DNA of 48,976 nt, taken from positions 76,785-125,760 of the IMG/VR virus record IMGVR_UViG_3300016467_000502, one strand, 5' to 3'. The notes under the pieces are model-generated. The model had not been told where the DNA came from, did no database searches, and saw only the letters and a program-made list of their open reading frames with translations. Source of the DNA: a virus. Lineage: Duplodnaviria > Heunggongvirae > Uroviricota > Caudoviricetes. Below are positions 37,051-45,555 of the stretch, piece by piece. Each line of letters starts with the position of its first letter. Within the stretch, counting starts at the first letter, position 1. The position numbers and the translations under genes were made by a program.

Positions 37051-40000
37051 CGGGGGCTGTTAAGATGTTTTGTCATGCCTACTTTGAGAATCATCTTCTT
37101 GTCTGTTGATGCTGTTTTACGCAAGACGACCCTGTTGCCATAGTGGCGGAACTTCTTACGCTCAAGAGCAGGCTTATCATAATTAATATACTGAGGATTT
37201 ACCGTACGTTGGTAACCATTACAATTGGTAATCCACATTGGTGTCTGATTGAAGGTGAACTCACCCCTGTCATTGGTGTTATCCCAGAACTGATTAAAAC
37301 GATATTTGTTTTCTTCTTTGGCAACCAGGATCTCCATGTTATACTGGGTAATAACAGGTTGAGCAACAAGTGCATATGGATCGTTTTTAGGTTTGACATT
37401 CAGTTTCAAGATACCAGAATTTTGCTCTGAGTTATAAATGATTGCTGTGTCAAAGTTTTCATCAAGCACATGATTGTAATCTACACCATTGTTATAGTAC
37501 TTGTATGCTTCCATCCAGTACTCAACGCTTCTAAGTGTAGTAACCCCACTCGCATTCACTACAGGAAATTCTACTTCCCAACCTTTCTGCTGACCGTAGT
37601 ATTCTGTAAAGAGATCCCACTTGGCATTATGTTTCCAGATGCCGTCACCCTTTATTGTAAAGAAGTGCTCATATGCAGGCATGTTCAAATCTGGTGTCCA
37701 GCTATGGAAACTAATCCACTGCTTAGTCTTTGGATCGTATGAGACTGTCCAGTTACAAGGTTCAAAACAATCAGGATTATCAAATGCACAAGGGCACTTT
37801 TTAAATATAGGGTCTCTAGGACGAGGTGTAAGAATCAGTGTACAATTGCTGAGATTGCCCTTGCCATCATCTAAAATCAACGAGTAGATTGTTTCATCAG
37901 CAAGTGGTACAACCACAGCGGAGCCGTCAGTTGGTGCAGGAAACGTTTGAGTATTGCCCGTTGATGTATAAGTCACTTCCAGTTGTGCAGTAGCCGCGCT
38001 AACCGTTGTCCACGTGAGCAGCACCTGTTCGCCTTCTGTAAATACTTCTGTATTTGCTTGAAAGTTACAGGCTAACGATGGCGTGCACGTGCTTGACGCA
38101 ATTGCGGTAGCTACCTGATTAATAGATTCAGGAGATGATGCATTAATACCATAATTGTAACCACCTGGTTGATTAATAGCTCCGTCAGTGGCGCTGATTC
38201 TTTGCAGGTAAATTGGATTATTAGGTATATCAGTGGTAGCAGCGCAAAACGCAGCATAGATAAACTGATTTGCAGGTCCTGATGGATTTCCAATAGAGTT
38301 TGCAGGAATTGTTATAGACTGGTAAGGATTACCTACTCCGGATACCGCACCTGATTCATTTTGCGTGTCTGTAACAAATATCAGTATCTGCTTAAAATTA
38401 GGATTACTTGTGCGGTCACCAAGCTCTGAGTTAGCTTTATCATTTAAAATAGGCTGAGCATGTGTCAAACCTAGTTGAACATTTGTTCCACCTCCTAGCC
38501 AAGTTGTATCATACCATGTTTCAACCTCGGTAGGTGTAATGGTATTACTCATGCTAAATCCGTTTGGATTCATAGAAGAGACGTTGCTACCTGCAGACCA
38601 TTGTGTAAATCCAACCTGAATATCTCCAGATGCCATTGCCGCAGCAATTGCAGGATTTTCCAAGAAACCTTTTACAAATGCAATTTCTCCTTGCTTTATT
38701 CCTCCATTTGAAGTACTACCTGAGACGTCTACTGCAAACACAATATCCAATAAACATGAGGATGATGGTTGAGGTAGACCCGTAATAGCCGTTATTACAG
38801 GATCAACAGGTGGTATAGGTGGGGGAACTGTCTGACCACAGATGTAGTAAGGTACCCCGGTAGGATCGTCAAAGTACAAATCCCTACGTTTAGGTACAAA
38901 GTCTTTCTTGGAGAAATAGAGCAGCTCATACTGCTGGTCATACATTGTCTGACAGCCAATACCTGCTACAGGATTATCATACAGTGGAAAATCTGGATAT
39001 GCTTCCAACAATCTAGAAGGCAGGTGTTCGTTAAACCAGAACTTAAGACCGTCGCGACTAATTTCAGATACCCCGCTTCCGCCATACTGCATGATCTTAC
39101 CTGTCTTCTGAGAGATAAAGAACATACCGTAAGGAGTGTTTACTGCGGAACGTGATGATATACAAGACGCATAATCAAGCGCATCATCAGCGTTAACAAC
39201 ACTTTGCGCGTTTTGCTGGAACAGTCCTCCGTCACCAATAGTGAACTTGGTACCGCCTTTTGTTTGAAGCTGGTCTGTCCCTGAAAATTGTACAGGTTCT
39301 GCGTCTTCAAAAAGTATGATTGCACCTTGAGCATTCAAACTTTTTATAGTGGAAATCCTACCTTTGAAATCCTTGTAGTTTAAGGGTAAGTAGTTTCTCC
39401 AATTGTCACGCCTCATTCCAGATTGCTGCTGTAAACTATAGACAGCCCTGTTAGGGAAGTACTCAAAACATGAGGTGTACAAGGCGGGGTCATAGTCCCG
39501 TGGAAGTACAGATCCCCAGCTTGCAGTGTTGTTGAAGAGCTTGCTGGCTGATAATGAAGTGTCATATTTTGCATAGATAGGCGATTTGATCAAATCTGAG
39601 CGGAACATCGTGCTCAGATCATTGAATGAGTTTCCGTATACATCATAGAACTTTTCGCGGTCGTCTTCACCATAATCACGGTATGCCATGTTTAGTTCAC
39701 TCTCACAGAAGAAGTCACGCACACCGTTGTAGAACAAATATGCCCATACATTTCTCAAGAGGAATGCTCCCGTATTACCTCCACGGTCAAAACGATGGAA
39801 GTCAGAAGGAGTCACCAGGTTCAGCCCAGTAGGTTTGTTGATGCTAATACCCAGGAATGATATCTCTTCTGTTTGAACCTCAATGGCAAAATCCGTCAGG
39901 TCATACTTTGCCAGATTGACCCAATAACGCGGACATGGACCATTCACACTCATGCGATAGTCCATGTCTGTACCATCAGGTTCACCCATCAACCAGTTGT

Positions 40001-42767
40001 TGAAAAAGTAAAACGGGTTCTTCTCTGTATAGCGGTTGATATACACGTCTCCTCCAAAAATAACATTGGTAGATGAGGTAGTTGTTACATCTGCGGTAGA
40101 AGGATATACACAAGAGTTTACCGGAATCTGTACTATACTTTCCAGCAGTCCGTATTGATTTTGGTAGTCAAGTTTAATAGCGCCATAGTACGCCACAGTA
40201 GTGCTGTTAAAAGCACCAAAAGGTGTCTTGTGATTAACAGAACCGCCTACGTCAGCAACACGCTTGCGAGAGCTATCAGTGATGCTTTGAGGATTACTAA
40301 CGTCTGCAGTAACCTTTATTCCCACAAACTTGTTACGATTGTTATTGTTAATGCGATACGTAGCATCAAAATCCTGTAATGCTGCTCCTACATATTTGGC
40401 TCCGTTGTCAGCAACCAGTCGAGTAAACGAAGGTGCGCTTGTTCCACTAGCGCTGTTAGTTACATTGCTGTAGCTGTGGTAGAATCCGTGAGAATTATAC
40501 TGCAACATGTAGTCACGGTAACGACCCATTGCAAAGATGGCTCTAAGCACCTGGTCAATTGCCATGCCTCCATAGTATGCCATTTGTCCAATCATCAGCG
40601 CCACACCGGCAGCGGTAGCTCCAAGAGAACCCTGCGCACCGGTAGTAACAGCTTGAAGACCTGCAGTGGCTGCCAAGTCTCCAATTGCTGACGCCTCTCC
40701 AGATTGTTTTGCACCATATGCATGCACAAATCCACCCAAAGCAGCACCGACCTGGTTACCACCCGTTACGGTAGTTGAACCAAGGCCAATAACAGCCGCA
40801 ACACCCAAACCTACTATCACCGCAGTACCAAATGCACCATCAGTAAGCATCTTGTGCTTAGGATGTTTATACGGAGTCTGAAAACTACCCGTCACCGTCC
40901 CACGTTCTTCAGTGTAAATCCTGACGTAGTTTGCTCCCAGGTAAGGGCGAATGAACGCCGTCTCTGGCGAGTGAAAAGAAAAATAGTCTTTTCTATACGT
41001 GCTAAGCTTGGGTGAACTTTCCGCTTCATCAGAACCGCCTATTTCCAATGCTGAAAAGTCAGGTGTCAGAAATGGGTCAGGACGTAAATCGTTGTAGGGA
41101 TAATTCTGGTACAAGCCTTTCTTGTTAGTGGCAGAACCAGACTGCGGGGTGTATTCCCACATGTTGTTAAACATTCCTTTGGCCACAATAGAGCGATTGC
41201 CCTCACGTGATCCTCTCAGAATTTCATAACCAACAACATCAGTAAGAGGATTGCCATCTTGATCAACAGGATGGGCAATGTTTGAAAACTCAACACCCAG
41301 GACATAGATCTTATCGCCTCCCTGGCTGTGAATATGCATAGTCTCATTAGACGGCATTTTATGGTGACGTATAGGTTTACCGCAAAGGTCTCCCCATATT
41401 TCAGGTTTATCATCAGGATATGTATTTACACTCTCCCAGTAGCCCATCTTTCCTCTGAAGATGATGGGATCGCCATCACTTGTCTCTCCGGTAGCAGCTA
41501 CTTTGGTAGAGGTGTCATACACCTGCCAGCGTTTGTTTTGGCCAGAATATATAACATCAGCACCATTCTGCACTTCTAAGTCAGAACTTGTAGCTGCCCT
41601 GCCAGGAATATGAAATGATGCACTTCTTGCGCCAGTTTTGTAAACCCAGCGAATAAAAAACGAATATACTTCATCACGCATGTAACCAAGCGAAGTACCC
41701 GCACCCCAGTAATAATCTGATGCGTACTCTACCGCGACCCATTTGGTACTAATTTGGTTAGCCAAGGCTTGATAGTTAAAGTAAGGCTGTGTGGTTACAC
41801 CTGTACGAATAAGGTATTCGCCAACTTTGTGCATTTTGTCACTTCTCTCATAGACAACATTTCTTAAAGGAATAGTCGTAATGGGAACAGTCTCTAATGC
41901 AGAGCTGTAATTGTCCAGTGTGACTGTAGACTGGCGTATGGGAAAGTTGCCAATTTTCTTAGCAACAGCGTTTTGTTTTGTAACAGATACTACAACCAGT
42001 TCGTACTCCTCAAAATCCTGGTCAAGGTTGTCAACTTTAATTTCCAAAGATCCACCTATACCTTCATGATCCCACATACCAACAGGTGTGCTAGGCATTG
42101 AATAATCTGTAAGGCGAATACCGTTCTCAGAATAGGCAATGCATGCCATGTAGCTTCCGTTATTTAATTGGCCACCACCTTGCGCACGACGTACATTGAC
42201 ACATGCTTGAGTAACCAACGGATGTAAACGAAGAGCATCACAGTCAAGTTCTGGGGTATACTCAGGAATAAAACAATCAGGATCTTCGCTTAGATTGTTA
42301 CCAGTAGTTTTGTAAGGAATTCTGTCAAGATTCAAAACCCTGTCAGGATTCAGACCATCCTGAAAATATACACTGCGGGTACAGTCATAGTTTTCTTTTG
42401 AAACACCTGTGATAAGATTTGTCTTTTTGAACCCTAAGCAGTTGTTGTTTACAAGCTGCTGGTACGTTTCAGCAACTTCATCAAATATACCAATCTCAGA
42501 CTGGTAGTTGTTAGTTGAAAAAATAATCCACTCAGTACCAGATTTGTGAATTGCCCCAATGATTGTATAAGGTGCAATTGCAGCATTGTAGTTAGCAGGC
42601 TCATTTGACAAAGTTCCCTGCTCACCAAGATGCGAATTGTTTATTGCATTTACAGCATGCGTCCATGCCTGATTGGACATGTAGATGTCAGCAACATCTT
42701 TGTTCATGCCTTTTGCAAACATGTTTGCTTTTACGTCTGATGTATTGGGTGTTGTATTCTGTGCCAT
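37047..42767 (-). CDS. Tail stabilisation / muzzle protein (P22 gp10-like, about 1906 aa) with inserted vWA and Ig-like domains
   Basis: Beta-rich large tail protein in the canonical crAss-like position after the ring genes, with a C-terminal WTVSYDPKTKQWISFHSWTP motif. The vWA insert has LDIVFAVDVSGS (MIDAS DxSxS), GGTN and IFVTD. The start is probably MAQNTT at 42767 (TAA-A-ATG after the upstream gene) rather than 42782. Confidence 0.8.
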   Translation of the reverse strand: MAQNTTPNTSDVKANMFAKGMNKDVADIYMSNQAWTHAVNAINNSHLGEQGTLSNEPANYNAAIAPYTIIGAIHKSGTEWIIFSTNNYQSEIGIFDEVAETYQQLVNNNCLGFKKTNLITGVSKENYDCTRSVYFQDGLNPDRVLNLDRIPYKTTGNNLSEDPDCFIPEYTPELDCDALRLHPLVTQACVNVRRAQGGGQLNNGSYMACIAYSENGIRLTDYSMPSTPVGMWDHEGIGGSLEIKVDNLDQDFEEYELVVVSVTKQNAVAKKIGNFPIRQSTVTLDNYSSALETVPITTIPLRNVVYERSDKMHKVGEYLIRTGVTTQPYFNYQALANQISTKWVAVEYASDYYWGAGTSLGYMRDEVYSFFIRWVYKTGARSASFHIPGRAATSSDLEVQNGADVIYSGQNKRWQVYDTSTKVAATGETSDGDPIIFRGKMGYWESVNTYPDDKPEIWGDLCGKPIRHHKMPSNETMHIHSQGGDKIYVLGVEFSNIAHPVDQDGNPLTDVVGYEILRGSREGNRSIVAKGMFNNMWEYTPQSGSATNKKGLYQNYPYNDLRPDPFLTPDFSALEIGGSDEAESSPKLSTYRKDYFSFHSPETAFIRPYLGANYVRIYTEERGTVTGSFQTPYKHPKHKMLTDGAFGTAVIVGLGVAAVIGLGSTTVTGGNQVGAALGGFVHAYGAKQSGEASAIGDLAATAGLQAVTTGAQGSLGATAAGVALMIGQMAYYGGMAIDQVLRAIFAMGRYRDYMLQYNSHGFYHSYSNVTNSASGTSAPSFTRLVADNGAKYVGAALQDFDATYRINNNNRNKFVGIKVTADVSNPQSITDSSRKRVADVGGSVNHKTPFGAFNSTTVAYYGAIKLDYQNQYGLLESIVQIPVNSCVYPSTADVTTTSSTNVIFGGDVYINRYTEKNPFYFFNNWLMGEPDGTDMDYRMSVNGPCPRYWVNLAKYDLTDFAIEVQTEEISFLGISINKPTGLNLVTPSDFHRFDRGGNTGAFLLRNVWAYLFYNGVRDFFCESELNMAYRDYGEDDREKFYDVYGNSFNDLSTMFRSDLIKSPIYAKYDTSLSASKLFNNTASWGSVLPRDYDPALYTSCFEYFPNRAVYSLQQQSGMRRDNWRNYLPLNYKDFKGRISTIKSLNAQGAIILFEDAEPVQFSGTDQLQTKGGTKFTIGDGGLFQQNAQSVVNADDALDYASCISSRSAVNTPYGMFFISQKTGKIMQYGGSGVSEISRDGLKFWFNEHLPSRLLEAYPDFPLYDNPVAGIGCQTMYDQQYELLYFSKKDFVPKRRDLYFDDPTGVPYYICGQTVPPPIPPVDPVITAITGLPQPSSSCLLDIVFAVDVSGSTSNGGIKQGEIAFVKGFLENPAIAAAMASGDIQVGFTQWSAGSNVSSMNPNGFSMSNTITPTEVETWYDTTWLGGGTNVQLGLTHAQPILNDKANSELGDRTSNPNFKQILIFVTDTQNESGAVSGVGNPYQSITIPANSIGNPSGPANQFIYAAFCAATTDIPNNPIYLQRISATDGAINQPGGYNYGINASSPESINQVATAIASSTCTPSLACNFQANTEVFTEGEQVLLTWTTVSAATAQLEVTYTSTGNTQTFPAPTDGSAVVVPLADETIYSLILDDGKGNLSNCTLILTPRPRDPIFKKCPCAFDNPDCFEPCNWTVSYDPKTKQWISFHSWTPDLNMPAYEHFFTIKGDGIWKHNAKWDLFTEYYGQQKGWEVEFPVVNASGVTTLRSVEYWMEAYKYYNNGVDYNHVLDENFDTAIIYNSEQNSGILKLNVKPKNDPYALVAQPVITQYNMEILVAKEENKYRFNQFWDNTNDRGEFTFNQTPMWITNCNGYQRTVNPQYINYDKPALERKKFRHYGNRVVLRKTASTDKKMILKVGMTKHLNSPR

Positions 42768-42768
42768 T

Positions 42769-43119
42769 TTACTTGATCGCAAAGTTTTTCTTCTTGAGTG
42801 TTTTATACACGTTCTCTGTCAGATGTCCGTTTAGCCATGCTTGTGATTCCTCGTCCACAATATCTATGTCTGATGTAATTGCCATAGTCAGGTGAAAAAT
42901 CTCATGCGCCAAAAGGTTATGACTCAAGGAATCCTCTTTTAATGCCAATACGTATTCTGAGTTTCCCCAGTTAAACACCACACCGTATGTGTCTAAAACA
43001 TCCACATTTGCCTTTTTCTTTTTTCTCACATGTTCTTGCAACTCTTCCATAGTGGAGGTTACAATCAAGACCACCTTGCATTCATACAAGGGTACCTTGA
43101 TGGTAATCTTAGACATCAT
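42769..43119 (-). CDS. Small HExxH zincin-like protein (116 aa)
   Basis: LAHEIFH (HEIFH at 42892-42906) followed by DEESQAWL. It overlaps the upstream stop and abuts the muzzle start, suggesting translational coupling. Confidence 0.65.
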   Translation of the reverse strand: MMSKITIKVPLYECKVVLIVTSTMEELQEHVRKKKKANVDVLDTYGVVFNWGNSEYVLALKEDSLSHNLLAHEIFHLTMAITSDIDIVDEESQAWLNGHLTENVYKTLKKKNFAIK

Positions 43120-44230
43120 AACTTTTAAACATGTTATAGTATTTGTGGTACATTGCCTTGCGGTTCATCTCCCATGTACGCTGCATTTCGCGGAAGTTAG
43201 GAGTGTTTACAAAGGATATGGCGTTGTTACGCGCTGCACGCAGACGCTGTTCAACAAGTTGAATAAACGCGCTTACATTCTCTCCGCCCATAAACAGATT
43301 CTCATAGATTCGCTGTTTGATTGCGTACTCATAAAACTCGTTAACCAAAGGATGATCCATTACCAATAGGTTTCCCTGGTCATCTTCCATCAAGCTTTGA
43401 TAATTGATAAACACAACACCTTCATCAAAGTTAGTCACCAAGAATCCGTTTTTGATGTAACCGGCAAAAGATGCACGACTTTGCAGATTTATACAATCGG
43501 CACTTACGCTTTTGCTTTTGTCAATACGCATCTGAATCAGTTTTTTGGATTCATATCTGCGTCCCTGTGTGTTGTAAATAACTTTAGGTATGTGGTAAAA
43601 AGGATCGTTTACCACTTCTGCAGGGCATCCTCCAGGTTGAATCTGGGTAACTGTTGTTGTAGGCGTATCTGGAACTCCTACTATTACAAATTTCACGCCT
43701 TCCTGTAATGGAGCAGATGATATGATGCGCACCTCATTTGCACTGATTATATCTACTTCAAAACTTAGCAATGTTCCATCAGGAGCATATGCTTCAATTA
43801 CAAGGTTCTGAGTATTAAGGTTATGCGTAAGGGTAGTGTTTCCTGTAGGGACATCTGTAGTAGTCGTGTAATGACCTACACTGTTTTGCAAATAGTATTG
43901 TTGAGCCAGATAAATTCCCTCAAGTACGCCTTCCGTCTTTCCTTCTACGTATGTCTTGTCATCTTCAGGCTCTTGCGGATAGTGATCTTCGCATATCATT
44001 GCAAAATTGAGAACATAAAAATCTGGTGGAAGTTTAGCTTTTCCGTTGTGAACTTCCAGCGCTTTGCTTCGTGAAGGATTTACCTTTAAGCCAAGCTCAT
44101 AGCTGACGCGCTGAGCAACCTTGATAAGCTGCTGAGGATCAATCATTCCTTCCAGATCATAGCTTTTCAAATCAAGCTTGACACTGTCTAAGAGTTCATC
44201 AAAAGTTCTATATTGGGTTTCAGTCAGCAT
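43109..44230 (-). CDS. Ring / tail tubular protein (P22 gp4-like, 373 aa) with inserted THNL-type beta module
   Basis: Helical N-terminus (YRTFDELLDSVKLDL), KAKLPPDFYVL, GFLVTNFDEGVVFINY and HPLVNEFYEYAIK are typical of crAss-like ring proteins. The internal insert is THNLNTQNLVIEAY...NEVRI. Confidence 0.7.
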   Translation of the reverse strand: MLTETQYRTFDELLDSVKLDLKSYDLEGMIDPQQLIKVAQRVSYELGLKVNPSRSKALEVHNGKAKLPPDFYVLNFAMICEDHYPQEPEDDKTYVEGKTEGVLEGIYLAQQYYLQNSVGHYTTTTDVPTGNTTLTHNLNTQNLVIEAYAPDGTLLSFEVDIISANEVRIISSAPLQEGVKFVIVGVPDTPTTTVTQIQPGGCPAEVVNDPFYHIPKVIYNTQGRRYESKKLIQMRIDKSKSVSADCINLQSRASFAGYIKNGFLVTNFDEGVVFINYQSLMEDDQGNLLVMDHPLVNEFYEYAIKQRIYENLFMGGENVSAFIQLVEQRLRAARNNAISFVNTPNFREMQRTWEMNRKAMYHKYYNMFKSYDV

Positions 44231-44240
44231 GCGTTAAAGA

Positions 44241-44915
44241 TTAGGGGCGTTCAATGTGTTTGTTGTCAGCGGCAAGATCCTGAGGAATTTGCAAGAGGGT
44301 TAACATGTCTTTGGCTACCAGTTGTTCAATTTCAGCAAACAGAAACTCAGGCACATGCATTTCTTTGTCTTGCACGTATCCACAGTTGTCTGCAGGATCA
44401 CAGTTGTAATGAGAAACATCACCTTCAAATACGCCTTCTACGCGCACTGCCTCCCAGTCCATGTTAGGAAAATATAGGTAACCGTTTAAAAACCAGTAGT
44501 ACTTTTTCTTGTTGTACTTGAAGTTTTTTTGACGGCTCATCTGTTCAAAGCTTACAGGGTATGTTGGCTGCAAATCTTCTGAGAGATCGAGTGAGGTAAT
44601 GCTGCGAATAAGCGGTCCCCAGTATCCTTCCATGGTTGCGGGAAGTTTGTCTTTGCTGCGCTTAAAGTAACAGCCTGTGTCAATACCACGGCATCCTGCC
44701 TGGGCACGGTCTACGTCAATTAGCTCCACAAAGTCAAGAGTCTGAAAAATGCTGTTGAATTTCATCAGCTTGTTCAGGTTGTCCTGGCGTCGCATAAGCA
44801 GTTTGGCATGCTTCATTACCATGGAGTAGATGAAGCGGTCCGTCATAAAAGCATCCTGGCGCGTAGCCTTGTATTGGTTACGCACGCGGGATATTACTTC
44901 TCCAATGGTTATCAT
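44241..44915 (-). CDS. Ring / tail tubular protein (224 aa)
   Basis: MITIGEVISRVRNQYK...DRFIYS, RSKDKLP, YYWFLNGYLYFPN and the C-terminal DNK pattern fit a crAss-like ring/adaptor protein. It has an ATGA overlap with the upstream gene. Confidence 0.7.
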   Translation of the reverse strand: MITIGEVISRVRNQYKATRQDAFMTDRFIYSMVMKHAKLLMRRQDNLNKLMKFNSIFQTLDFVELIDVDRAQAGCRGIDTGCYFKRSKDKLPATMEGYWGPLIRSITSLDLSEDLQPTYPVSFEQMSRQKNFKYNKKKYYWFLNGYLYFPNMDWEAVRVEGVFEGDVSHYNCDPADNCGYVQDKEMHVPEFLFAEIEQLVAKDMLTLLQIPQDLAADNKHIERP

Positions 44916-45493
44916 AGGTCAAATTCGTTGTAGTTCTCTAGAGTTATCGCATCTTGTTTCAACTGCTCCATTGCATTGAGATTGTTGCGATATACGTAGC
45001 TGATCTTTTTGTGTGGATCAACCATGACATATCGTTTCCAGTACTCAGGGTATGTGCGTCCAACCTCACGTTTAAATGCGCGAGTAGGGTTGAATGCCCA
45101 AAGCTCATGATGTTTAAAGCGATACTTACTGCCAAACGTTGTATAGAAGATCTTTGCCAGGTAGTTGTCGCTCTCCCAGTTGCGGTGCTGAATAACTTTC
45201 TGAAAGTCAGCACTCAACTTGAAGTCTACATTTTTAGACTTCTTGGGTGGGCACGTTCCTATAAAGATGTGGCCCAACTGGTTAGGAAGCTCCACCCCAT
45301 CGCGTACATCTATAGCAGTTTGCCATACAATGCCGTTGAAGGTTTTGATTACCTCTTTAATCTCCTTATCGTTCAGCACATTGCAGCCTGGTACCTTTTC
45401 CCGTAGCTGCTCAATAAATGCCGCGTTTAACATTCCAGACGCACACTTCCTGTAACGAGGCGCATGCAGATCTGGCTTCTTTGCTGCTTTCAT
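44912..45493 (-). CDS. IHF/HU-like DNA-binding protein of the crAss-like tail module (193 aa)
   Basis: Helix-helix (DKEIKEVIKTFNGIVWQTAI) followed by GVELPNQLGHIFIG, which resembles the HU/IHF V-L-G-F beta motif, and a later beta arm ending F.P.R.FK. Its position before the ring genes matches the known crAss-like gene order. Confidence 0.65.
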   Translation of the reverse strand: MKAAKKPDLHAPRYRKCASGMLNAAFIEQLREKVPGCNVLNDKEIKEVIKTFNGIVWQTAIDVRDGVELPNQLGHIFIGTCPPKKSKNVDFKLSADFQKVIQHRNWESDNYLAKIFYTTFGSKYRFKHHELWAFNPTRAFKREVGRTYPEYWKRYVMVDPHKKISYVYRNNLNAMEQLKQDAITLENYNEFDL

Positions 45494-45506
45494 ATTCCCT
45501 ACACTA

Positions 45507-45518
45507 AGAATTTACAAA
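45507..45518 (-). promoter_or_regulatory. Shared intergenic 12-mer TTTGTAAATTCT (copy 1, upstream of the IHF-like gene)
   Basis: Exact match to the 12-mer at 29319-29330. Both copies are intergenic and have TCTACAA upstream. Confidence 0.5.
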
Positions 45519-45555
45519 AAAATGAGTAGATATTGTAGAACTGAGCTGTATAAAA

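Noticed and set aside
42768-42782. ORF-track start MRSSK for the muzzle gene
   Set aside because: It overlaps the upstream gene. The ATG at 42767, directly after the upstream TAA, is more plausible.
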